Part shown: positions 14,291 through 27,118 of the stretch, piece after piece
Position numbering within the stretch: position 1 is the stretch's first letter
How the letters are laid out: every line of letters starts with the position of its first letter
Position numbers and translations under genes: made by a program
The notes under the pieces: generated by a model
What the model saw: the letters and a program-made list of their open reading frames with translations, nothing else
Databases searched by the model: none
Told to the model about the DNA's origin: nothing
Assembly: GCA_010015585.1 (NCBI GenBank)
Contig: ML975156.1
Strand: one strand, 5' to 3'
Source: Eremomyces bilateralis CBS 781.70
Taxonomy: Eukaryota
DNA length: 64,000 nucleotides

Positions 14291-15285
14291 AAAGGTGGAG
14301 GTATATAATAGTAAGATAGCAAGACCTTTAATTAGTTGATACCTGGTTCGGTGCCGCGCCAGTCCTCCGTTCCCCAGAGGATAGAAGTATATATTAGTAA
14401 GATCTTGATACAAAGTATCTATCGCACCCATCGCCATGCATTTTCTCCTAAGAGGGTAGAGGGCTATATTAGTAAGACCATGATATATGCCGTACGCACC
14501 CTTTGTTCCTCCTGGGGGTAGAGGCATATGTTAGGAAGCAGGAAGGCCTCAATGTACGCCGTACGCACCCATTGTTCCTCAGAGGGTAGAGGTATGTGTT
14601 AGTAAGCTAGGGGAGACCTTTATGCCCGCTAGAACATCATATGAGCGCACGCTTCGCTCTCCGTCGTAGATGCGGAGGGCCAGAGTTTCCCGTAGCTACC
14701 TTCAAAAGGGTGGAGGCATGTATTAGTAAGAGTCTAACAATAAAGCTCAGGCGCCAACGCCAGCATCGACTGTAGCAAACTGCCTCACTGAAGAGCAAAG
14801 AGGTGTCTTACTAAGATTGATGTCGACCCCAGCGTAGCCCTGTCTAACCGCCCTTTCGGGGGTGGGCATGTCTCTTACTAACACATCAAGGGGCCTTGAG
14901 GTATGAAAGGCCCTAAAAAAAGCACCAACCGTGGGGCAAGTCAGGCATGAAGGGTAGATGTAGGTCTTAGTAAGCCTTTCCAGGCTCTTACTACTCAGTC
15001 ACTTCAGTCACTTATCTCGAGGGTTAAAGGTACAGCTTACTAAGACACACGTCGAGGTCTACCATAGGGCATCGTTCCCTGGTCTGGAGGGTAGACATAT
15101 GTCTTAGTAACCGTTCCAGTCTCCCATTGTCTACGGTACCGTACCGTACCGCATTGTGGTACATGTTTCTATCAGAGGGTGGGGGTGTCTCTTAGTAAGA
15201 CACATGTCTTAGTACGGAATTCCAGGCTCCCATTATTACCGTACCGCATGGTGTTCATCCGAGGGTGGGGGTGCCTCTTACTAAG
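14291..15285. repeat. Array of 13 degenerate 25-bp units, consensus GAGGGTRG-N9-TTASTAAG, separated by variable spacers of about 37-99 bp
   Basis: Units start at 14291, 14377, 14452, 14514, 14582, 14706, 14791, 14858, 14950, ~15019, 15087, 15175, 15261; a related partial copy lies near 13408. Confidence 0.85.
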
Positions 15286-15931
15286 TTCCGGTCGGGAGGG
15301 AGTCAACGACAGGCAACGAGGCATGTGACTGTACAACACGACACATGAAAACCTGATTCCAAAAGGCGGATTGACTGGGACGACGGAAAGTAGAGGGTTG
15401 AAGAAGCGGCCATGGCCGTCTACCATTGAAGGTACATACATGATACCCGAATTTTTGCTGCTGCACGTCTGAAATGCCGGACGATAGCAGTGCCGCATAT
15501 TCGCTCGCTAGAAAAACATAATGACGCTCAAACAACAATGGAATGGGTGTGAAGCAGTGAACGGGACTGAGAATGCAATCGCGGGTGTGCGCTGATAACA
15601 AATGGGTATCGTAGCCGGAAATTCGGGAAAGACTGGGAAGTAAACAGTAAATGATCGCCGTGCTCCGCCGCTGAATCAACGACCACGCATTTTTTCTGGA
15701 GCAGGAGGTGAGGGACACCGTGGCCATACCGAACGCCCCCTCGGAATGAAAGGAAGGAAGTGCAATGAATGGGACGGGCCGTGGCCCCGCGATATCGGCT
15801 GGTAAAGCCGATGCAATGCCAGAGTAGTAACGGACACGATGAACGGAAAGGAAGAACAGACCGGAAGACATCACCGTACCGACTCCATGAGCAGCAGAAT
15901 ACACCGGAAATCGTAGGACGGATCTCAGCAA

Positions 15932-17733
15932 CTACGCAGCAATTCCCTCCGGAGCCCAAATGACCCCAACACCGCCGATCCTCTCGAAGGAGCTGCTCTC
16001 TTCATCATCGATCTCACCATCCAGGTCACTCCCATCCTCGGTCCCCTCACAATTCAGCAACCCGAACCGATTCGCCAGCTGCACCGTGTTAACCTGCGGC
16101 TGCTTCATGACCCTCGGACCCGGCATCTGGGAGGGCACCTGCCACCGCCTGGGCGTCGGAAGGGGTTCAGCGCACTCGTCCGCATACCACTCGATCCGCA
16201 GCCCGCGGTAGGGTTGGCGGGAGGTCATGCATGTGCGGGCGAACATGGCATAGTTGATCGAGTTAGTGGAGATGTAGATATCGGAGTCCCGGACGGTCAC
16301 CGAGAGGATGACGAGGTTGTGAACATGCTCCATGTCGTCGCGAATGGCGGACTCAGTGAGGCGAGGGTACCCACCACGGATGACGAGGTTGCGAGTGGCG
16401 CCGCGGGAGATTTTGTGGGCCATGTGAGGTGTGGTGTGGAATTGGCGATCGTTCCAACGGATGTCGATCTGGAGAGGTTAGATAATGCACTAATAGGATG
16501 AAAGTAGGAGGGAATGAAAGGGAAAGGCGTACCCTCTTCTGGTGCAAGTAGAAGTCATTCCGCTTTGCAAACGCAAGGAATTCGGCTGCTCCCTCGACGA
16601 AGGTGACCGTGGCGCAGCGCTGTTCGGGACGTAAGTGGATATCCGTCAGTCTTCCTCCGCGGATGATGTTGGCGAGGTCCCTGTGGGTAGATTTGTCCGA
16701 CAGGTTGCCGAAGTACAATGTACGTTTCTCAGCCTGGGGGTTCGGATACTTCGGGACACTGTCTGGGGCGGCGGAGCTGTCCCTATCAGGCTGACTGTCA
16801 GAGTCCGGTGCTCCATAGCTGGTGGACCGTGGCGCTATGCCGTGGGGACCACTCAGCGTAGTTGGGTTGTTGTGGTAATATGTGGTCGGACAGGAGCCGT
16901 TGGATATGTTCGATATGTCCCCAGATGGTCTCCTAATAGGCAGGGGGTTGGGCAGGGGCTTTTGGAAGGTGACGTCCCCGCTTGGGACATCATTCGGGGT
17001 ATAGTACGTTGCTTGTCGACCTCCGCTAGTCAGGATGGCGAGCTGTTCGTGGGTGACACCACTCATCAAGAGGGTTCGGCGGAGGTTGACTGCTGTTGTT
17101 AGACCAGTGGAGTATATGCCAGAAGCACAACAGCTTACGGAATTCACGTTCGATTTGAAGCTTGGGACCGTTAGTAGACGCATATCATATAAAGAGAGTT
17201 TAGAGTCATACCAATCGCTCATACTCTGCACTATTGACAAAGATCGGACCGTCAGTGATATTTCCGGTATCCGTCTCACCCTATGGGTAGTTGTAAGGTT
17301 AGCATAGAGTAGCTTGATGCTTGAGGCATAGTTCCAATATCTGAAGGCAAGAATTTGTGCCAGATGCCCATAAAGCATGCCTCCAGCTCTTTCGGGCGCA
17401 AAGGCTGAGACTTTTATTGTATCCCCATGGATTTGTAGCTTTTCTTGCTGATTGCTGGGGGTAGTTCGCCATGGTGCGGACATGTGAGGGCATGCTTCAA
17501 GAACCGGCAGTCGAGAGGACTCGGAAAGGTTACACATACAAAGTTGGCTCTGTATCACAGGAGTTAGCAACCTCGTGGTAAGGCATAGTTTGTGTAAGAT
17601 AACTTAGCACTCACCGACGAAGCAAGGCCTCAAAGTGAGACCTCTCGATGGTGACCCTGTCCCCCATCTCGAGGACATGGGAAGCAGGAGCTAGTCTCGA
17701 ATAGAGATCTGCAGGAAGTTGATGGTTGTCCAT
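15932..17733 (-). CDS. RRM-domain RNA-binding protein (similar to the fungal Nrd1/Msa2-type family), with micro-exons
   Basis: RRM segments RTLYFGNLS..IIRGG..ATVTFV and GATRNLVI..FARTCMTSR..IEWYADEC; ATG at 17731-17733; spliced in frame manually through 10-nt and 22-nt exons. Confidence 0.8.
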
Positions 17734-18213
17734 TTTGCAAGAAAGGCGAGGCAATGAAGATACATGCAATTCTAGGCTGTACACGCGGCCTTCTTATGAG
17801 TTATTGTATTGAGAAAAGAGACAAGTCTTGATTCGTATGGAGAGTGTGTGAAAGTGATAGCGAGACACAGCAGCCCGTCCACGCTGCGGCACAGGGAGTG
17901 ACACAGGGAGTGACGGAGCCACAAGAGGGAAGGAGAACAGGCAGGGGCTTAGGAGCTTGGGCCACTGCAAATCATCATCATTCAATCGCTAATAGCCCTA
18001 TGCTGAATTCTTAACCATCCGATCGACCATGCGGCATACCTAGACCTCTTATAGACCTCTTATAGACCTCTTATAGACCGCTATTAGCCGCGATATCATA
18101 TCCCCTGTGCTTGTTTAATCTTTTTCACCTTTCCTTTCCCATGTAACCTACATATCCTGCAACATTCCCTTGCCGCTCATTTGCCTATGGCGTAAACCGT
18201 TCTTTCCTCCTCC

Positions 18214-19848
18214 ATGGACTCGAATCCTTCCCCATCGTCCTCGCCGCCGCCGCCTCCCCCCGCTCCTTCAATCTCGAATCCACCGCCGAACGACCCCATC
18301 ACACTTGTCAACAGCCGCTTCCAACCGCTTTCCGGCAAGCAGAATGCCACCGCGGCTTCTCAGGATGGTTCCCTGTTCGCCCAGTTCGCGGGCAACCCGT
18401 TCTTCACGGCGGTATGTTCGTCGTGCTGGAATTCGCGAACCGGTGGCTAATTTTGGAAGGGATTCGGCCTCGCCGCGCTCGCGGCTGCGATGAGGGTCGG
18501 GCAGCAGGGCGTCAAGCGGGGGGCGGAGCTGCTGCGGCGGCGGCTGTTGGTCAATGTGGAGATCACGCATTCGGACGAAGCGTATCGATGGCTGTTGAAT
18601 TGGATGACTTTTCATCAGCGGACACAGTTGAATGAGGGCGCTTCGAAGGCGGTTGGGTGAGTCGCGTTGGGTGAGAGGTGGTGCGGCTTCCGACTGACAG
18701 TCATCAGGTCCGCAGAGCCGAAAGGCATAGTTGCTTCGATCATCCGCCGACTGACGCCAAATCTTCACCACCTCCAGATTCAAACCGTACGAGCCAACCG
18801 GGCCGATGGCTCGATAGCGACGCATTTCAGCCTGGTCCCAGGTCAGGGACGACATATTCTACGATACGGGAATGCTTTTATTGCAGTAAATAGACAGCGC
18901 GAGAAGACGTTCGATTTAGCGAAGGGCGAACCATTCGAAACCGTCACTCTCACCACGTTATGGGCATACCGACACATATTTGAGAAGCTGTTCGAGGAGG
19001 CTCGGCAGCTAGATCAGCAGATGCAGGAGGGGAAGACCATCATATACACAGCGTGGGGAACGGAATGGAAGCCGTTCGGAGAGCCCAAGCGGAAACGACC
19101 ACTGGACTCGGTGGTGTTGGCAGAAGGGATGAAGGAACGGATAATGGACGACATCCAAGCATTCCTAGACGCCCGCACCTGGTACCTCGACCGAGGCATT
19201 CCCTACCGCCGCGGCTACCTCCTCTACGGGCCCCCCGGCACCGGCAAAAGCTCTTTCATCCAAGCCCTCGCCGGCGAGCTCGACTTCAACATCGCCATCC
19301 TCAACGTCAGCGAGCGCGGCCTCACCGACGACCGCCTCAACCATCTCCTCACCAAAATCCCCCCCCGCACTATCGTCCTCCTCGAGGACGCCGATGCCGC
19401 CTTCGTCAACCGCCAGCAGGCCGACGAGCACGGCTACGCCGGCGCCACGGTGACGTTCTCCGGGCTGCTGAACGCGCTGGACGGCGTCGCGAGCGCCGAA
19501 GAGCGGATCATCTTCCTCACGACGAACCACGTGGAGCGGCTGGACGCGGCGCTGGTGCGTCCAGGGCGGGTGGACATGACGGTGCGGTTGGGCGAGGCCA
19601 CAGAGTATCAGATCGGGCAGCTGTGGGATCGGTTCTACGAGGAGTTCGATGTGGATAAAGGGGGGAAGGGGCGGTTCTTGGAGCGCGTGCGGCAGCTAGG
19701 GTTGGTAGATTCGGTGAGCACGGCGGCGCTGCAGGGGTTGTTCTTGTATCACAAAGGGGATATGGAGGCCGCTATCGGGAGTGCGGAGGAGCTGGTGAGC
19801 CATCCCACGGCCGGGGGCGAGACGCTAAAGGAGTCAGTGGTGCATTAG
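18214..19848 (+). CDS. BCS1: Mitochondrial AAA chaperone BCS1
   Basis: NPFFTA(G) N-terminus, BCS1_N region, GIPYRRGYLLYGPPGTGKSS (Walker A), LLEDAD, TFSGLLNALDGV, RPGRVD; 2 introns. Confidence 0.95.
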
Positions 19849-20619
19849 AGGGGAAGATTTTGTAAGATCCATGTTGTATGTACCCGTAGATTGTAGGATT
19901 TAGTGATGTGCCGATGTGGAACGAAGAAAACTCTGATATGCAAATGCTTCACAATAGGGATCTAAGTTCAACAAGTCGTCATTGTCGCCAATAATGCCCA
20001 GGCCAATAGCGTCCTCCACTCCCGTCCATCTGATAATTTGATATCGGATCAGATAAGATCAAGTAAGATAACTGATAATCGCATCTGCATCTTTGTTGAA
20101 AACTTGAAATGCAAGTGGGACAACGATTGCACACAAGCATATCCTTGTCTTCGATCGTCAGCCCTGATCCACGGGGGATTTTGGCACTCTGGTTGGCTCG
20201 GGATCGAACCTGTTCCCATGGGTGGTGACGGGACCATCCACTCCCGGATGACATGGAACACTTTTTCATGATCTTTGTCCAAAGTTTCGTAGATGCCGGA
20301 TAATTACAGAGTGAACATGAATTCCTTCCCGCATAAGCTTGACCTTCGTTGTGGAACGTGGATATGCCAGAATGGGAGTGGTCAGGCATTTGGGTCATAC
20401 TGAAATCACATCTAATATCGGAACACCTTCCGGGCCATCCATGCATCCCATTAGCTAGTAGGGAATAATGTACATTGCACACTCCTTAGTCCTTCGGCTT
20501 TAGGCACCTCCATCCCTAATACGACCTAACCTGCGTTACTCCTACCTAAAGTATTTTTATGGTATTGGTGGGTATACCACACTCCCTTCCAAGGGTCGCG
20601 TCACTGGTGCCGCAAGGCC

Positions 20620-23600
20620 ATGTCGAACGCCCGCCCTCCTCCCCACTCCCTTTCAAACGACGCCGGTGAAGAATGTGAACATGACCAACATAACGATTTA
20701 ACCCCCCACTCCGATGACAATAATGAACCACCACCCTCCCTCCATTTACCGTCGACATTTAGCCCTCCTCCTGGACCCGATTTGGAACTGCAAGAGCTGT
20801 CCTCCGCTGCGTCGCGTGAGACCCTCCCCCCGAATGGCCATGATCTATTATTGCTAGCACGAGATCACGATATCGATACCCCCGTTCATCACGAGCCCCA
20901 TGATCCCTCCGCCGAGAATCCCGCCGCCTCGACTCTTCTGCCTCCCTCCTCGCCTGCGTCTCGCGACTTCGACGCGGAGGGCTATTCCACCCCGGTGACG
21001 GAAGAAGATCTGGATCCGGCCACCGCGCCGCTCGACCTCCGCATGTCACGTACACCCCTCCTCAACAACCCCGTGTCGGGGACGGGATACGGCGGGATTC
21101 CCTCCTCGAGCAGGCCTCGATCTCGAGATCATGACAGAGACGAAGACGACAGGAGCAGGACGTTCCGGATACATCGCGGTCGGAACACAAGGCTACAACG
21201 AAGCGATCCAGGACAGGATGGGAATCATGGAACATATGGACGACGGTCATTTTCACTTTCAGGGCGGGACACGAGTAATGAAACGGAGGGCGAGGCAAGG
21301 AGACGGAAGAATCAGAGCAGCAGCGTGCCGAGACCGAGACCAAGATCCCGTCGATTGCCCTCGCACGATTTCGCCGGGCAGGTGGAATTCGGCATCGGAG
21401 GGGAGAGGTTGACGCTCGAGATCGACCGGGACCCCGCCCCTGGCCCCAAACTCGACGACGAAGAGAACCCCGAGTCGTCATCCCCCTCCGACTCTGACCG
21501 AGAGACCTTGGGCACCTCGACTACTTCTGCTCGATCACCGTCGGCACGGCGGCGGTCCCGAGCGCGCCGCCGGGCCAAAAGGCAGGACACCACGCCGTAC
21601 GCCCAGGTCCGCGCCAACACGCGGCAAACCGACGACATCACCCTCTCGATCAATACGCCGCGCATGTGGTTTTTCTCCATGCTCTTCGCGGTCCTTGGGT
21701 CCGCGACCAACATGTTCTTCTCGCTACGATACCCGTCCGTGAGCATCAATCCGACCATCGCGTTGCTGCTGGTGCATCCCCTGGGGAAGCTATGGGACGC
21801 TGTTTGGAAGCGGTCGGGGGATCCGGTGGAGGGGTTTGTGGATGGCTGGTTGGCGGAGCGAACGGCGAGGACGGATAGGCCTGCGCGTGGGGTTGGTCGC
21901 GTGAGGGAGGGGGGAGAAGAACGCTGGCAGAGGAGATGGAGATTATGGCTGGCACAAGGACGGTGGAATTATAAAGAGCATTGCTGCGTCTATATCGCGA
22001 GCAACGTCTCCTTCAGCTTTGCGTTCGCCACCGACGTATGCTACCCATCCTTCCCCTTACGTCGTATCGCTAATGCCATCCCAGGTCATCGTCGAGCAGA
22101 AGATGTTCTACCACCAAGACCTCGGCGTCCTCTACCAAATCCTCCTCGTCCTCTCCACCCAAATCCTCGGCTACTCCCTCGCCGGCGTCACCCGCATCTT
22201 CCTCGTCCGCTCCAGCGGCATGATCTGGCCCGGCGCCCTCACCACCGCGGGCCTCTTCAACACTCTATACGAAAAAGACAACGCCCCCGCCGACGGCTGG
22301 ACCATCTCGCGCGCCCGCTTCTTCAGCTACGTATTCTTGGGCTCTATGGCGTTCTACCTTCTCCCCGGCCTGCTCGTGCCGGCCATGAGCTACTTCAACG
22401 TCATGACCTGGTTCGCGCCGCGGAACATTGTCGTCGCGAACCTGTTCGGCGTGGTCTCCGGCCTGGGGCTGTTTCCGATGACGTTTGATTGGGCGCAGAT
22501 CGCGTACATTGGATCGCCGTTGATCGTGCCGTTTCACGCGGCGATGAACGTGATGGCGGGGATGCTGTCCGTGATGTGGATCGCGGCCCCGTTGCTCTAT
22601 TACTCGAACGTCCTGTACTCGTCATATATGCCCATCTTATCTTCGTCGGTCTTCGATAACAGGGGCCATGTTTACGACGTCAGTAAGATCCTGACCAAGG
22701 ATTTCCTCTTGGATATCGAGGCGTATCAGGAATACAGCCGGGTGTTCTTGCCCATCACATACGTGCTAAGTTACGGCATGCAGTTCGCGGGCCTGTCGTC
22801 GCTGTTGACGCACACCATCTGCAAACATGGAAAGGACATCGTTAAGCTATCGAAGGACGCTATGCGTCAGGCGAGGACCGAGGCGAAGAAAGAATACCGG
22901 CTGCTGCACGATGAGGACGATTCCGAGCCGATCCAGCCGATGCGATCAAGGACCAGCACCGACATGTCCGGGAGCGCGAGTCCGGATACGGAGAATTTGA
23001 TGGACCAGGAGGACGTGCATGCGAGGTTGATGCGAAGGTACGACGACGTGCCGATGTGGTGGTATCTTTTGACGGGACTGTCGATGCTGGGGTTGGCTAT
23101 CTTTACCGTCGAGTAGTAAGTCTTTTAGACACCCGTCCATTCATATTCACTAACGTCTTCAGTTACCCTATTCATCTTCCCTGGTACGGCCTCGTCTTGG
23201 CCTTGGGTACTTGTACCATTCTTTTTATCCCTATCGGCATCATCAACGCGACCACAAACCAAAGCATCAGCATCTACATTCTCTGCCAACTTATCTGCGG
23301 ATACGCTTTCCCGGGCCGCCCTGTCGCTAATATGGTCTTCACCACCTACGGCTACGTAAGTACTGTTGAGATCTCTCTTCTCATCCGCCCCCTATCTACA
23401 CCGCATCCCGCTAACCGCACCCCAGATCACGGCCTTCCAAGGCATCAAATTCGCCTCCGACCTCAAACTTGGCCACTACATGAAAATCCCCCCCCGCACC
23501 CTCTTCGTCCTCCAACTCGCCGCCACCTTCGTCGCTTCCTTCACCCAACTCGGCGTCATGAACTGGATGCTCGCCCACATCCCCGGCATCTGCTCCCCCG

Positions 23601-24145
23601 ACGCCATCAACGGCTTCACCTGCCCGCTCGCCCGCGTTCATTTCAACGGCAGCATCCTCTGGGGCCTCGTCGGTCCCCAGCGCTTCTTCGGCGGCGACGG
23701 CCTCTACGCTCGGCTCCTCTGGGCGTTCCCGGTCGGCGCGCTGACACCGATTTTGGTCTGGTACCTTGCACGCGTTAGCACCCGCAGCCGCCCGTTCTGG
23801 CGGAAAGTCAACCTCCCCATCTTCTTCAGCGGGCTGTCGTGGATCCCGCCGGCGACGGGGCTGAATTTCAGCGTGTGGGCGCTGGTGAATTGGGTGTTCA
23901 ACGACCTGGTCGCGCGGCATCGGCGGGAGTGGTGGAAGAAGTATACCATGATGCTGAGCGCAGCGCTGGACTCCGGGCTGGCGGTGGGGGTCACAGCGAT
24001 TTTCTTTGGATTTTTGTATCCCGGGTGGATGGAAGGGTTTAGTTGGTGGGGGACGGAGGTGTACAAGGAGGGGTGCGATTGGCAGGCGTGTGCATATAAA
24101 GATGTGCCGAAAGGCGGGTTTTTTGGGCCGAAGACGTGGAGGTAG
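20620..24145 (+). CDS. OPT-family oligopeptide transporter with a long disordered N-terminus
   Basis: TPYAQVRA (SPY motif variant), WNYKEH, IWPGAL, FDWAQI, SDLKLGHYMKIPPR, WWKKY..LSAALDSG; 3 introns. Confidence 0.93.
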
Positions 24146-24460
24146 AGGATTAGGATACCACAATAGAAATGCATATTGGTCTATGCCGTTGCTTCCTGTT
24201 CTCGTTCTTCGTTAAGGACAAGAGCCGTTTGTATGTCCAGCTTGTACCCTAGAACTGCAACAGGTTTCTCGGAGTAGAATTATCTAACTATCGCTGAACA
24301 ACCAAAGTCTAGCTTGTGCGGCCAAGGACAAGGACATTTCAATGCCATTCCAGAACGTTACCGACAACCTATAATATACAAAATACAATTTCAATGACAA
24401 TCAGTGAAGCGCCCTGGCTGACACTGCCGATAGTGAGCCTTTCTATCATGCATCCACTGT

Positions 24461-25573
24461 CTAAATCGGCTTGTTATACGAAAATTCCGGTAAGCCCAAC
24501 TGCGGCGTCGTAATTTTATCAAGAGGCTTGTTAGCCGTGGATCCGTTATTCTCTCGGTTGCTCGAGACCGCTGTCTGAGCTCCCTTAGCAGTGCTATTCC
24601 TCCCGGTCCTGGTCCTAGTAGAGATGCTACTAGAGCGTGTGTTGGCCGCGTGCGAGGTACTGTTTCCACCACCTTGCGAATCTCCGTCTATTTGGACTGG
24701 GGAACCTTGAGCCTGCCTCTGGTTCTGAAAGGCAGTGTCGGCGGGAGGAAGATTGCCGGCGCCTTGTTGACCAACCCCAGGAACGCCGTCAATGATGCCG
24801 TCACCTTTTCCTGGAGGTGCGCCACCCGGGGCGCCCTGTGATTGATTAATATACTCTATTAATTGTGACATATGATCATGGAATATGTCATACCGGAACG
24901 TTAGGGAAGGCCTCGACATTTTCCTGCTGACTCGCTAATATATTCCCACAAGCATCCGGTCTCACCGCACGCCTCTGTTGTGCATTCATACCAATCGCCT
25001 CCGCCGCGACGACCATGTACGTATCGATCGACGGCAATATTTGCACGCAGCGGTTCTGGTTGATCTCATCATCAAGTTTGCCTTGCTCTTCCCCTGAACC
25101 GACATGATCTGTAGATTGTCGACCACGGACTGGAACACGCCATTGGTGAGCGTCAGATTGGCGACCGATACACGCGGGTCGTTGCCAATCACGCTGTCGA
25201 GGACGGCCTTCTGCGAAAGTTCATCCACTTCGGCCTTGAAGGCGCCGTCGGCGATCACGTTGAACTCGTCGCCTTCCGCTGCGCCAGTACCGGCGTTCAG
25301 AAATGCGGTCACAATGCCTGTGTCGGTCATCCAGTTGCTTATGGCAAGTTGCATGGCTTGCTTGGAACGCTCATCAACTTGATGGGGGTCACCGGTTGCT
25401 TGAGGGGACGGATCGCGGGCGGGAGTGAAGGGACCCAAAGTTCCTGGGTTGGTTGCTGGGTCGAAGTTGGGGTCGGGATTAGGATTTATACCCTTATTAC
25501 CATTGTTGGCAGGCCCCTGTTGTTGAGCAGCGACCAGCGCTGGGAGGATAGAAACTAAGGAGAGATACTCCAT
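24461..25573 (-). pseudogene. Secreted fungal protein with an apparent 1-nt frameshift (pseudogene or sequencing error)
   Basis: Signal peptide MEYLSLVSILPALVAA; near 25071 a 1-nt shift restores ..NL(I)DEINQNRCVQILPSID..RAVRPDAC.., which continues via an intron (~24838-24893) into ORF 24461-24919. Confidence 0.6.
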
Positions 25574-27118
25574 ATTCAAAGGGAGATACCGCACTAGCAA
25601 GAAACAATTGAATATACCAAACAATCAGAAAGAAAGGTAGGGACGTCTCTATGCAATTAGATGAGTCTGTGAACAATTTGAAAGCCCGTTCGGAGAAGGA
25701 GATGTTGCCTAATATATAATACCCATGAATACGACGACTGGTACAACTGAAGGAAAGTCGGTCTTCGAGACGGCGATCTTGAAACCTGCGAAGCACCCCG
25801 CAGGGCCAACTCTTAAGCCCCATGTTCGAGGTGGCATAAACACAGAGAAGAGACACCGTATTCTTTGAAATTGTCAAGTATTTCACTGTGCATATGAATT
25901 TCCTTGTCTGTTTGAGTTGGCGCAAAGCCCTTATCCTACAACGGGGATGTGTTCTAGAAGACAGTCAGTCATAGGGTAAGGCACCTTACACACGGCCAGC
26001 AGATTAAATGAGACCAATCGAATCCACATTGCTAGAGCCCGCTTGAGAAGACGATGTATATTCCAATCGGGGTTCTCTCGAAGGGAAGATATTCAGTGAT
26101 TGAGTTACAGCGCATGATATGTTCCAACAATAGACCTAAGCAAGGGAGTGATGAGAGTTAAAGTCCATCAACTTTTGGCAAAATGTGTAGAACTATGATC
26201 CATTGATGCAGTGCCTGGGGCAATGGCAAGATTAGACAAGCATTGATAAGAGGACAAGCATATAAATCTGTGCCCCAACGCCACAATTCGTATTTCGAAA
26301 CCTTCGATGCTACAGAACATATACCGAAAGAATCGAAGCGGATGCTCTACTTATTCGTGAAGTATCAAGGAAATGTATGCCTAATTAGAATTAAGATGAT
26401 AACAGACAAGAGGAAAAGCATGAATCAAAGAACGGGAAGTTGAATCGAGCAGTGTCTTGAATCGAGCAGTGTCTTGAAACAAACATTGTGTCGGCTGCGG
26501 TGAAACTCGAAACGTGTCTGGCAGACTCTCAAGCCCATCCAAGTGGCCTGATATCTCCTGGTTTTGACAATTTGACTTTTAGAACTGTTCGAGTTAAACC
26601 CTCGTGATGGAAATCAAAGTCCGAACGTAGGTCTAAGTACTGATAATGCTACTACATTGAGCCTCCATAGATGATCAGATTAGGCTGTTAAACTCACTTT
26701 GTGTAGGCATTAGGCATGCGATTGAGAGAACTGTTTAGGGCTTCCAAATAAGACAACGGGACCAAGTACTACTAGAGCACGGGAAGGTTGATCATAGGTG
26801 AAAGCGCTGTCTTCTCATCGATTGATGTGATCACGACTCGTGCTCCTGCTCTGCATCGCGAGGCTACAAGGCAATAACGTAAGGCACCAGTATCACGTCG
26901 AATTCTCATTGGCCAGTACACCACATCAACGATCCGGTCCCACTTTTATTCTGCAGTTTAGCGAAACTCGAAACCTCATGCCAAGAGTTCGACATTCGCA
27001 TCAATTCCTATCATCACCCTAACTAAAGCCTAGACCTCCAATCCAGAAGGTGCTATCGGATTGAACAGAGGGTACATAAGACCGTCACGAAGAATCCTCC
27101 CCCGGAAAGCCAGAAGCC

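Noticed and set aside
14291..15285. CRISPR array interpretation of the repeat-spacer array
   Set aside because: Repeats are degenerate, spacer lengths vary widely, some spacers resemble each other, there are no cas genes, and the context is eukaryotic.
15172..15959. ORFs of 108-216 aa downstream of the RRM gene
   Set aside because: No motifs and atypical composition; most likely 3' UTR or intergenic sequence.
18040..18080. Short tandem duplications (tagacctctta x3; similar 2-copy duplications near 26441 and 53575)
   Set aside because: Ordinary slippage repeats with no evidence of function.
19053..19658. Long alternative-frame and antisense ORFs inside GC-rich genes (BCS1, OPT, ARP8, NIC96)
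   Set aside because: Expected shadow ORFs caused by high GC3 codon bias.
19979..20482. Short overlapping ORFs between BCS1 and the OPT gene
   Set aside because: No recognisable motif or consistent exon structure; possibly a decayed gene fragment, but not supportable.
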